The translations under genes were made by a program, and so were the position numbers. The notes below the pieces were generated by a model, which was given only the letters and a program-made list of their open reading frames with translations, was not told the DNA's origin and did not search any database. Of a stretch of 64,000 bases of DNA, positions 1 to 12,400 are shown in pieces. Positions within the stretch are counted from its first letter, which is position 1; each line of letters opens with the position of its first letter. Source of the DNA: Phoronis australis. Its lineage: Eukaryota > Animalia > Phoronida. Location: the NCBI GenBank assembly GCA_002633005.1, contig NMRA01000537.1:141041-205040 (forward strand), in the 5' to 3' direction.

Positions 1-3000
1 CTTGCTATGATGAGGGGATTACTTACGCAGTGAGGTGGGTAGATCTGTTATCATAGGAGAAAAATGCACGTCGATTGTAATAGTTCTTAGAAGTTCAACA
101 TTACTTACCTGAACGTACACTATCATTTCAGCGTTATGTATGCAATGGTTACTGAAAATTTGAGCACCGGCGTAGCATTAAAATTTGACAACGTGAAAGA
201 CTATTCCTGGGAACTTATTTCGACGTGTCTATGAGTGCGGATTTAAGCGAGGGCATATCACGTGTCACGATTCGTTAAGGTAGGCAGAAAGAAAAAAAAT
301 GTTTTCGGATGTTTTCAGATTTCTACGTTGACGAAATCTTTACTTACTGAACCGTATACTCTCGTACGCTGTAGATCATGCATATGTCAGAAGCGGATCC
401 AGGATTTTGAGTTAGGGGGGACAGGTCAGAATATTAGCTAGGATTTTGCCCGTCTGACATTCGCACTCCCGAACTGCCAAATGGAAGCTGGGAGNCCCCC
501 CTCTGAATCCCCCACTATATGTATCTATCGGATGTTTACATTGACGATAGCGGCAGTGTATAAGATGAGGCACCGTTGATCTTTTTACCGATTGCGAGAG
601 GTGTCATTCACAAGGGATTTTGGAACAGCGGTCATCCTGAGCATCGCCGTCAGCTGGCTTAGATATACGCAAGGGTGTAAGAAGCGGGAAGCGGGGTAGC
701 ATATGCCTTCCAAATAATTTGCAAAAGTCAGGGTTAAAACATGGCTACCGGCACGGGCGTGGGACCGGGAGGCAGCCGAGAAAAGAAAGACAACGAAGCA
801 TGGAGAAGAATGAAAATTCAAGAGAACATTTGTCAACTTCCAGTGCTTGGTTTACACTTTGAGGGCCTGGTCAGGAAATTGCCGGTAGGGGGCTCATTTT
901 TGCTGTTTAGATTGCCTAAACGTACTTGAAAACGAGCACTTAATCATTCGTACATGTATATGTATTTGGAAAACGTCAAGAAAATTTGTAAAGCACAGCT
1001 TTAGCAGAGCATATTAATTCACTGGATTTTTAAATTTAAAAAGACAATTTCAGGGAGTGCATAACTACATTTCTCCATGGATCCCTTTTATTTATCGCTC
1101 TTTCTTCTATTTTTTTTCTCGAAATTGCATACCACTTGAGAGACCCTGAAAGATGGCACCAATTGTCGCTCAATTCCTGTTTGTGCGTCCCTTCATCTGG
1201 AGGGGCCCAGCCCTTGGATGGGTCCCGTTGATGCCATTCTCTCTGATATACCTGTTGTGCTTTTTGTTGATCACTTATTAAGAATACTCTTTCCGATTCA
1301 CTTTTGTTAAAAACTTCCTAAAACGAATTTTAACGCGAGTTACTTCAGTCGAAGCTTAAGCTCAAATAATGCTTATTCAATACAACTGAAATTGTTTTCA
1401 AATTTAACTGAAATGATTTTTTCATTTTTTAATATTTTTAGTGTGCCACCACCTAAAATGACAGTTGGGTAATGTATTATGGGTACTCACTCAGCTGCCA
1501 CTTTATGTACTGTATGTTTCCACGGAAACCTCGTCCATTTTTTGAAAAAATCCAAAAATTAGTAGTAAAATATGACAAAAACAAACAGGTTTGAAAGTTA
1601 CGAAATGTTCATAATTTAGGAATACTTTCGTCTGGCGAAACTCGTCCTGTGAATGTAAAACAAAGGGTATATTTAAGGGGTCACCCAGGAAGAGAGGGCC
1701 TTTGTTTTTCTGTTTTTATAAAATAGTGCAACCTATAAACATACCTTCTGATATCGCTTATAATATTCTATTTTGATAAACTACAATTTTTTTGGTTTCT
1801 GATTTGCATGTTCATGTATCTACGAAAAAAGACTGATTCATGGGTGATTTTTTGACCATTAGAAGCTAATCTTGTAAAAGTCATCATACTTCGGTGAACT
1901 TAATTGCAGGCTGAAATTGGGAAAACTTCTATCATTCCATCCCCAAATATCAAAATATACTAGACAGTTTTGCCTATCTGAGACAGTTGTAAGAAATGGA
2001 CGAATTTTACAGTTCTACAGGGTGTCCCGAAAATACACGCCTTCAAATCATAACCCTTTTAACATGAACTTTCTCCATACTAGACCATAACAAAATGAAA
2101 CTTGACCTTAGACCCAGTGCAGACGGAAAGGTACGGGCTGAGCGTCCTGTCTCAAGTGAATCAAAGTTGAACTTGCCAACGACTAGCCTAGTTCATCCAA
2201 TTTATATTTTCACACTGGCGTGAGCTGTCAGGTTACAGCTACTGTATAGCTCATTTGGAGCAGACAGACCAGCTATCGGTCCACACTGGCCAAGGCTTAG
2301 GCCACATTCTCAATCACAGCGAAATTTTGTTGAAACATAGTTACTTAAGCTCTGATGGCTGCCTCCCCAGGGTTTGCCCCCACCTATGGCGGGCGTGGGT
2401 CGGTCGGCACAAAACTTGGCGACATTCGAAGACTGGGGAGGGTAAAGGCAGTGGCGATNCATACATGTACATAGTCACATTTAATTACTACCTTTACACA
2501 ACTTGTTGAAAGTACTATGTCCAAGCAAAATCAAAGTTACGACGGTCTTAGCTAAGACCATTAATACAAAGTCTTAGGTCGGTCGTAAGCACATTACGAC
2601 GAGTACGACGCCGCGTTTGCTTATAAGAGTTACTTTTTTAAATTCACACTTAATTTAACGAACGACTTCACGAGCCCCCTTAATGAAGTGTGCAAATTAA
2701 AATGAAAATTACGACCGCCTTGATAAAACGGGCATCTGTAACCGGTTGCATGAAACAGTCCCAATAGGGACCCGGCTATGTTCTCTAAAATTTCTGGCAT
2801 TGGTGGACTTTGTGCAAACACTGACTTTCTTTTTTTTGTTATTTTCATTACTAAGTCAAGTTTTAGGTTTGGTGCATACCGAGAGAAAACTAAACGTTAA
2901 ATTCGCGACATCATTGAAAAAACACGGACCTTTTTATGTGACGCTTCTAATTAAGGGCTTAGTTCCTACTTTATATTCAGTGAAATAAGGGCTCAGATTT

Positions 3001-3689
3001 CAAAAAAGCAATATTAGAACATGTTAAAAGTAAAGGAGAAACTCACTATGAATGATATTTCACTCGTTAAATATATTTATGTGAGCATATGGACCCTTCA
3101 TTCCGGTCCATTCCATTAATTCCTTTGTGTAGGATCTTGCACGTCGTTTTCCCCACTCTTCTTATTGGTCTATTGTTATCACGTGCCCTGAGTTTGGTCA
3201 GCTTTCATAGGCTGATGATTGTCACGTGTCCTTAGGCATCCTCTGTTAGTGTAATCTCATGTTTCAGTCCATCTTCAGTGTGCCCGGCCGGCCACATTGA
3301 CGTACTTCCTAAACTTCTACATTTCCCCCACCCCGTACCATCCCCTTTTTGGCATTTTATAACCCCACGTGACCGGCGCTTTTTTATTGCCCATCGTACC
3401 AGAGATTATATATTTTGTATTTCACTTATTTTTGTTCATTATTACTTGTTATTGTATTAGTGATAATAAATGACCTTATATCGCCAACCATGGACTCCTT
3501 TTTATCTCTGGTAGCTAGCTTGTGACGCACGTATTTATACTTAACAAAGTCGAGTCCCTATTAAGACTGTTTCATACAACCGGATACCGATGAACAATGG
3601 TGCAAAAAACACAGATAGATCATTTTCACGAAAGACGTCGCTCTAGTCGACTGGCGACTGTATACACACAAGTGTTGTCTTGAGTAGTA

Positions 3690-4640
3690 AACGACAGATA
3701 GATGATTTCTGGTCAGGTCTACATTTACACTGGCCAATGTTTGTATTGTGGATAGACTCGGTTGACAACGACTGGACATTTTGTAGTTTTCCAGCTTAGA
3801 TCTTCATTAAAACCCACCTACTCAGATCGTCGATGTTCTCAAATGGTATGCAATCGCATTGCACTATTGTTTGCCGTCTATGCAAAACCATGGTTACTTT
3901 GCTGAGTTTTATTACATGCAATTTCTCGACAAATATTTGTTGCTTCCACTCTTTGCACTGACCGCTGGCCAGAAAAGTGCCACCTGAAAACCCCAAAACC
4001 GACTTCACTATCTGATAGTTCAAACTTGGAAACAAAAATCGCTCACATTATGAGAGCATGTTTAAGGTTATGTAGGAGCCTGGCGTGCGTTCAGTAACGC
4101 TAGGACCTACGCTAGGACCTAGCTAAAACCTAGTCAAAGTCACGTGCTCTCTTTTAAAATGCACGGCAATATCTCACGTAATCTCACGAAGACTTGCTTT
4201 TTAGCGAGGTCCTTGCGTTACTGAACGGGAGCCTGGTTGACGGATTAATACGAACCTTCTAGAAACTAGGATTTAAGCAATGTTCCCAATACGTTGTCAG
4301 GAGCTGTTTTTAAATTGCTTCTCTTTGCGTGAGAAGCTATCAAAACCAGACTTTTATGATTTTCGAGAAAAACTCAAAAGCTGTATAAAACGAAAATGAA
4401 ATAATAATTCAGAAAACTGTAACGGTGTTTTTGAAATTTTATTTTAAACATCTATACCATATGAAATTTGGTAGTGTTATGGATACCGTTGTTTTGCTAT
4501 TAATACATTTTTGACAAGTTTTACCAAAAAGACGTCATCCAGTTGATGCCAGATTGCTTACTAAGCCAAAAATTAACTTCTACAGAATTTCTACTTTCAG
4601 AGAACATATACTAAATAAATACTGAATTCAAATTCTATAA
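3690..4640 (-). pseudogene. Inverted relic of a gene A/B family member: end of last intron, last CTLD exon (4024-3818) and 3' UTR
   Basis: The reverse complement aligns by eye to about 53740-54535: ttcaggtggcacttttctggccagcggtcagtgcaaagagtgg vs ttcagatggtacttttctgtccagcggtcagttcaaagagtgg, and UTR aaacattggccagtg. It has stops (W>TAG 3880-3878, C>TGA 3841-3839) and indels. Confidence 0.85.
4080..4235. mobile_element. About 150-bp MITE family with TIR CGTTCAGTAACGCTAGGACCT
   Basis: Inverted termini cgttcagtaacgctaggacct / aggtccttgcgttactgaacg. Full inverted copy at 60685-60833; partial copies near 30835-30930, 35535-35640, 35840-35930, 40565-40690, 44335-44420. Confidence 0.75.
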
Positions 4641-4819
4641 CTTTGTATATAATTTGGCTAAACACAGACTTATCAACAAGGCCGTACATAGACATTAAAG
4701 CAAACTTCTGGTTAACCCTGCTGGCATGGCCATCTAAGTGAGCGTTCGTATTTCGATCAGCTACCCTGTTTCCTAATAGTTCACAAGGTTAGACAAGCCT
4801 TGGCAGATTCATGGTCTTC

Positions 4820-4929
4820 CACGTGATCATAAAAATCACGCAGGTCACGTGATCATAATAATCACGCAGGTCACGTGATCATAATAATCACGCAGGTCAC
4901 GTGATCATAATAATCACGCAGGTCACGTG
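4820..4929. repeat. 26-bp minisatellite, about 4 copies
   Basis: Unit cacgtgatcataataatcacgcaggt repeated nearly perfectly. Confidence 0.92.
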
Positions 4930-5146
4930 GGTGAAGAGCTGCATTTTCACTTGTTTAGAATCTAAAGAAACAATCTCGTTTCTTTGAGAAACTTTGAGAT
5001 TACTGAACTGCGAAAAACACCACCAAAAACATTCCTCGACTTTCATTTCCCAGTATTTTCGTGATTATTCATCGTCACGTCCTGCATACAGATAAGACAA
5101 CAAACATTGCTTTACCGAATGATGTTATATTTACAATTATTTATAC

Positions 5147-5410
5147 TTTGTATTTTGCTTAGAGCATGATCAGTGAAAATCACACTCGTAAAAGTGAGCA
5201 GTGCACAACGATCAAACACTAGAATGGCAGTCTCAAAATGAAAAGGGGACAGGAAACACAAACTCGGCGGGGGCCAGGGTTTCAACTTGCCGATTTCTGT
5301 TTCCTTACCCCATTTCATTATGCGTCTGTCATTCTAGTGTTTAGTATTTCTGCACAGTTCACCTTTTGCGAGTGTGGTTTTCACTGATGATGCTCTAAAC
5401 AAAGTAACGA
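5147..5410. mobile_element. Foldback/palindromic MITE-like element
   Basis: ttagagcatgatcagtgaaaatcacactcg...acactagaatggcag pairs with ctgtcattctagtgt...cgagtgtggttttcactgatgatgctctaa. Confidence 0.7.
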
Positions 5411-7179
5411 AACGTGTGAGCCTTGTATTACGGACAAAATTTTGGAGTAACCCCAAGGTTCTTTCAAAAACGCTCATCGAAGTGGGTTTGCGTAAAACAG
5501 CAGCCTGCATGCGGTAGTCGAGTCTTTTGACATTCCGAAAAACGGGATGATCTCTTTCCGAAACTTGATTTGCGCTCTCATTTAGCCAGTTTTGCTATTG
5601 CACAAGTTGAGTGTTGACTCTGTTAAACAAAATGATTTAATCCTTACAATAGTTTTGTTTTCCATTGACTATGGGATGAGAAGCATTCATTTCTTCTAAC
5701 ATTCCTTCATGCACTAAGGAGAATATGGAGTTAACCCTACTCCCTAATTGTGCGCGCAGACGATGCAACAGGGCAAGGGTGAAAGGTCGTTTACGAGTTT
5801 TGGTTTTCTGCGGCGCCTCGTTTATCATAACCGTGGGGCTGGGGACAGTAGAGAAAAGTATGACTGAGAATACGGATATGAGAGAAAATTCAAGAGACAT
5901 TTAACAACTAAGTATCAGTGCATGGTTTACCCTTTGAGGGTCCTAGCCAGGATATTGTTGTTAGCCCGCTTCTCCGTTTTTGCAGCATAGGTCATCTTAA
6001 AGCTCTTAAAAACGTGCATTGAATCATTCATACATGCATACCGAAAGATCGAGAAAATTGTAAATTCAACAAGACAATTTTGCGAATGCAAAACTATATT
6101 TTTCTAAAGGTCCCTCTCTGGCAATCGATAACGGAGACAGCTGTCGCTTTATTTTTTCGTTTTTTGTCTCCAAATTGTACATCACGTGAGAAAAGTTGAT
6201 GACCTAACAGATAAAATCAATTGGAGCGCATTTCCTGATCTTTGCAAATATAGATCTTTGCATATTCAGGGGCCCAGCCCTCGGAGGGGGCCAATGACGA
6301 CATTCAAGTGGCCACCCTTCTCGTGTTTTATTGACATATTCTTAAGGGGCCGATCATGGAGAGAGGGTTCAATGTTGGAATCGATTTTCTATGTTTTCCT
6401 GTTTTTTGTGAAATCTTGTAACCAGCTTTCATGTTAAGGAAGGTCACCTTTTGCAGGGTCACACGACAATGGAATAAACTGTCATTCTTTTCCATGCTTA
6501 ATGATGTTTAGCCTTTCATCTCAAGGTCTCCCATTTCAGGCGGGACCCTCTCTCCGTGGGGCCGTTCAGGAAATTGTCCGTTTGTCCCCCTATACATGTA
6601 AATCCGACATTGCCAAGTATTCACAAGAGGAGGTTCAGACTCCAAATTCATCAAAAACACAAAACATTCGTGCACAGCACAGCAGTATTAAGACATTCGA
6701 CTTACACAACCAAAAATGCGAAAATACAATGAGATTGACCGCCATCGAAAAGGTAGGATTTTGAAGAACGTGAATACTACTATTTGTGAATTACACAAAG
6801 AGACCATTTCCGATGGTAAGTTATAACATAATGTTACCTTTTTCTAACAGTATCATAATAATAGTATTTCTTATGAATATCGTTTAACTAGGAGTTGTTT
6901 GTAAGGAATTTGCGCATGTCGGGGCTACGATTTGTGATGACCATGTACAGTGTTCATGTTGAGTGGGGTACTCATTCGAAATACTTGCAATCATGAACAA
7001 AGATTTCAACGCTCTTTGGAGTTCAACTTTAACTTGTGAACCGTTATAGGTACCTCTGAAATGAGCAACAATACACCTTTTAAATGCGAATGCCCCGTCT
7101 CCAATGTTCGCCCGCTTACTCGTCAAAAATCTGCGACCATGCGTGCGGAAATTGTTTATAACATTTAGTTCTGATAAAC

Positions 7180-7900
7180 AATCCGTTGGTTTCAGATTTA
7201 GATGTTTATGTACAGGTACCTAAGAAAGTCGACAGATTCATAGATTAGCTTTGACAATTAGAAGCTAATCTTTTAAGAATTGACGATGTTTCAATGAATT
7301 TAGTTGCAGCTTGAAGTTGAAAGAACTCCATAGTCCGATCCCCAACTAGTAAAGTACACTAAGACGATTTTTGCCTATCTAAAATAACTCTCAAAGACAC
7401 TGATGAAATTTGGACAGCTCCAAAAATATAGTCACAACTCAAATGACTATGAATGCATTGCTTTTTAGCTCAGGTACGAGATTTGTCGTCTAAACTCACT
7501 AACAGGTGTTCAAAAAGAAAATTCCTCATGGGCTCGATTGTTGGTTTCTGCATAACATGTTTATGTATCTATGAAAATCGACCGATTGATTGATGATTTA
7601 TCGACAATTAGAAGCTTGTCAGAAATTATTATGCTTCACTGAACTTAGTTGCAGACTGACATTCAGAAAATTCGATCTATCATCAGGTGCCGAAGTAGCA
7701 AAGGTATGCTAAACGATTTTTGTTTATCTAAAATAAGTCTCAAGGATGTTGATGAATGTCGGACAACTCTACAAAGTGTCCGAAAATGCGATGACAATTC
7801 AAACAACAATAAATTGTTTGTTCACTTAATTTAGGAACTAGATTAGTGGTTTAAATTCACAATCCGTCGATCAAAAAATAAGTTTAAGTCCTTAAATAAA
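7180..7900. repeat. Two diverged tandem units (about 360 bp) of a dispersed repeat
   Basis: gacaattagaagct...cgatttt..tatctaaaataa.tctcaa occurs near 7255 and 7603. Related sequence at about 1810-2260 and 8300-8530. Confidence 0.6.
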
Positions 7901-9347
7901 TAAAATTAAAGTAATTGCTCATAAACTTTGAAACTTTGTCTTTACACTTCCTTGACGTTTTTATTTTCCAGCAATACAGCGCAATGAATTTTTTGTTCTT
8001 CAAAACAGAATCGTTTGCTTGTACATTTCCCATGCATACTATACAGACGGAGCACGTCATGACTGACAAAAAATAAGGTGCAACCATGCAGTAGGCCCGC
8101 GCAGGATGTTATTGATCCCGAGAACTGAGTTTGAACTAAAGGAGTTGAAGTGTGTATATTTTGGACACACTCTGTATCAATTTCCCCAGGTACCACAAAC
8201 TGGACTACCGGCCGTGTTTCAACAAGGGATTTTGAAACAGCCCAAAGGCACTATACCAGGAACCTCAACTTTACAAAACATTCTTTAAAAGAATTACCGT
8301 AGTAAAATGATTTTTTCCCGAAACTGGATCACAATAAAACCAGTCTTGACCTTAGAGTCAGCGCAAACGGATATGTACGAGTTACAGTACGAGCTAAGCT
8401 GCCTGTCCCAAGTGAATCGTAGCTGAGCTGACCAGCGACCAGCTGTAGTTCATCGATTTTCCTATTTTTACACTATAAGCTCTCAGCTACAGTTACTAAG
8501 GCAGCTCCCAGCTACGCGTCAGTGCGCTGGGCCCAGGCCCATTCTTTAACTATCTGGGAAACCTTTGTGTTCACGATTACTCAAACCCTGATTCTTGATG
8601 ACTGCATCCTCGGGATTCCAACCCCACCTATGGCGAACGATTCATGGCGGCATCCGGAGAGCGGGGGAGGGGGTAGTTTGGCGAAGTCGGAAGGTTTTTG
8701 TGCGCCCCCAATAATTTTTACCTTCCTACGGGCCTGTTTATTTACATTTTGAATTCGAAATATCGAGGAGTTTGACCTCTATGCTAGGGGTCAAAAAGTG
8801 CGCACTTGATGACCCCAGTGCTAAACCAGTGTGTTCGAGTCTAAACTCGAAACAGAGGTTGAACTCGAATTTATAGAGATCATCAGGTGCGAACTTGGAT
8901 TTAAAACCGCACCTGCGTATACCGTAATATACTCGACCACGAAAACATAAAGTTTATCTTGAGTTCGTGTTAAAGTATTCCACTACATAAAATGTCAAAA
9001 ATAATATTGAGTTGCAGCTCGTACATGTACATTAGACCTAGGGTCCTGATTGACGGATTACCAGTAGCGCTACACGTGTCGTCAGTCACTAGTGACACAA
9101 ATTTTTATCGAATATACTTTTATCGGGTGTCCTTGTTATCTAGATAACACTGACAAGATATTATTAGCTCCATGGTGCAGCGGCAGACATTGGTTACAAA
9201 GTGTATTGATACACGGTCATATCTGACTTTCTACCGCATGAATGCGCCCATGCGACAGCAGTTTGAGGGAATATATACGATAGAGCAAATATCGTGATAT
9301 AACGAAAAGCTGTTGCACTCTTTTAAGTTGAAAGGAACATCCATAAA

Positions 9348-9423
9348 ATGGCACTATTAGGATTTGGGAAGTGTTTTCTATTTACGTTTGTGATTTGTTG
9401 TCTGCAAGAAATAGTAGAATCTG
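9348..9423 (+). CDS. Gene A exon 1, signal peptide
   Basis: aaaATGg, then [25 protein letters not shown], then G|gtaagt (phase 1); joins in frame to the exon at 13880. Confidence 0.75.
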
Positions 9424-12400
9424 GTAAGTGCTGCATAACGTATAAATGAAGCAACATGTTTATTTTAACCACTATTTCCAGGTTCTATGTAGACATCGTT
9501 TTAACAAAGTTGCAAGTTAATTAATTCGTTTTTAATTTTCTGTGGATTTTTTGTCGAGAAAAAAGACTCGCTCAATTTTCCACGTTACTGAACTGCTGTG
9601 CATGTAAGTGCAATTTATGTTAGAGAAATGTGCAAGGCGAATCCAGAGTAAGGGGCCAGTGTCCGGTTGCATGAAACAGTCCCAAATAGGAACTCGACCA
9701 AGTTCTCTAAATCTACTGTGTATTTATGGGCTTGTGAAAACACTGATTGTCCTTTCTTATGCTGTTTGAGTATCATTACTTTGCTAATTTTTGGCTTTGC
9801 TACAAATCGACAGTGAAATCTAAGTCGAATTCTCAATATTACTGAAAATAATTAGGGATCTTTTCATGCAACGCCCCTAATTTTAGGACTAAGTCCCTAA
9901 TTGTTCAGAGCTATGAATTGTGTATTCGCGCCTTTTGTCTCGTTTTCTCGGACTTTTTGTTTCTCTGAGGAGTACCTTTTTGTCCATTTCGCCAAATGGG
10001 GGGCTTCTTCGAGCCCCCACGAGACCCCCTGGATGCGCGCATGGAGAAGAAGTGTTTCCTGAGTTTGCAAAAAGAGGTGGAAGATGGCTATTTGTTGAGT
10101 CCGTGCAAGGCAAATAAAACGGGCCGCCGTGACCAGCCAACTTGTGGTGGAGACTAGTCTTCGAAAATTTAGCGAACAGCCAACTGTCAGTTCTTTTGAA
10201 TTTCTGAAATCACCTCTTATTTGACCAGGAACAATTTGAGACCAATTTCTTAACGAGAAGTGGACCAAATCAAAAGTTTTGTTTCTAAACAAGACTGGTT
10301 TTCATCCCACTTAATGAGTCCTTGATTTTTTCATACCGTGCTTATACCACTTCTCGGTGCATGTTTGTTGCCACAAAGAGAGTTGAACACGTTAAAAATA
10401 ATGCAACATCGAAAAAGCCCTAAATTGTAACCTAACAATGACACGCTGTTGTTTATGTTGCTGATTAAAAGATATGGATCCCATCTCCATACACTTTGTT
10501 CAAATCAAGTAGCCGTAGCACCCGTGGACGATAAGAGTACATTGTCCGCTCCCGTGGCACGCCTTCCACTGATTGGTAAGCGTTCTACAACCCGTGGCAT
10601 GAGCGGCGCACCCCACTTTTTTCAGTGCTGCGCAGCCCATGCATGGTAAGCGTTCTGCCCCATGGTAAGTATTATATGGACAGTGGTAAACGTTCTGTCT
10701 CGTGACAAATTTTCTGCAGTGCGTGGTAAATGTTCCGCTCAGTGGCAAATCTTCTGCACTCCGTGGTTTGCGTTCCGCTCCTTGGTAAGCGTTCTGCAGT
10801 CAGTTGTAAGCGTTCTGCTCCATCGCAAATTTCCTGCAGTGCGCGGTAAGTGTTCCGCATAGTAAGTGTTCTTCAGTCCGTGGTAAGCATTCCGCTCAAC
10901 GGTGTAGCCCTAATTGCTCGGGGTACAGTACTTAAACGGTGGGTGCAGCTAGAGAGTGGACTCGAGGAAAGGTCCCCTTTGAACGGACCTTCGCTTTCTT
11001 CGAGGGATTTGTACTGTAAACATTGCCTTTTGTGGGGATATATTCCATTAACATAACCGTTCCACAAAAATTTGGTGTTACGCTCTGCGTCAATTTCACA
11101 ATTACTGAATAAAGGTCTGGCAATGTAACTGTTAGTGCAAAACAACATTGTCGCAGTAAATAGCAGTTATGGCTATATTGTCTGAAGCTTTGTACTTTTA
11201 CTGCAAGAGATTTAATCATTTTTCAAAAATAACTGTGTGGAGCGCAAGACCACATTTTAACTTAGCTAACGGGTTGGGTCAGGTTCGTCGGCAGTTTTGT
11301 GGAATAAATGTAAAGTGATTGACAGGAATGGTCTTCAGTACTTCCTTGAAGTTGCTTTGAGTCCAGAAATTGGGCCTCTGCTCTTATCTACCCGGATACG
11401 GAAGTCCCGCCATTTTCAGAGCACATCTTTGTTCAGTGAATAAATTTTTGGCGCGAATCCAGACAACCTTCAGACAAGTGGAAACTGTTAAAAACCTGTT
11501 AATTAATGACAGATTTTTACGTAAATTTCTGTAATCTAATGTGCGAGGCATTCGGGTTTTTGTCCCCTCTCTTGCACTAGAGCTGTCGTGAATTCATGAT
11601 TTTAGCTACAAAAAGCTCAAAATTGTAATTTTTTTATCATTTCGGCATCAGCATTTTTTCCGTTGAACGTAGCATAGCAAAATGACATAGCTTTGTTAAA
11701 TTTCTTTATTTTTGAAAAACCCTGTCGAGTGTGCTTTATATAAGTTATGCTTTCTTAAATGTCTTGAAACAGGGGATTGCAAACAAGGGCTTTTATTGAC
11801 CCAGACAAGTGAAACTTTAAAATCAGCCACTCGAACTGTGGTCTTTGCCTTTTTGCATGAAACCCCTGGGCCCGGTATCTAATCTTTGTTCTCGAAACGA
11901 ACTCGAATTCAATTTTGGCAATTTATCTGCTACTTTTGTGCGAACTCAAGATAAGTGGTCATTAGACTGTGCTCGAATACATTTTAGTTTACCCATGTAA
12001 GTTTGTAGTCCAAGTTTGCACTTGATCACCCTTATATTCGTGCTACAAACTCGAGTAAAATCTCGAAATTTAGAGTTTCAACTCGAACTTCTAGCCTTAA
12101 TGTTGGGTTTATCAACTGCAAACTAGGACTAAAAATTATCCACGTAAGTCATTATGTACTCGAGCATAGAATAATAGGCACTTATCTTGAGTTCGCACGA
12201 AAGTAGAGTAGAAATTGCCAAACATAATTTTGAGTTCCTTATCGAGTAAAAAGATTACTGGGCGCAGGCGTCGTTAACCTCATTCATAAGTCACGTGTTT
12301 ATGTCTCTACGTGTGGTAAAATTGAGCAAAAATAAAGATACGTTCATACTAAAACAACGGTTATCAAACCTATGATCGTATTTAATTTGATATAAATGTT

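Noticed and set aside
6884-7126. ORF with IGDGAFAF resembling BHMT exon 2 (IGDGG) or a retroelement tail
   Set aside because: The match is only a few residues, flanking motifs and splice sites are missing, and it lies far downstream of the BHMT gene.
10573-10902. CRISPR-like array (also 4820-4929 and 26030-26310)
   Set aside because: No unique spacers, no cas genes, eukaryotic intron context; these are ordinary minisatellites.
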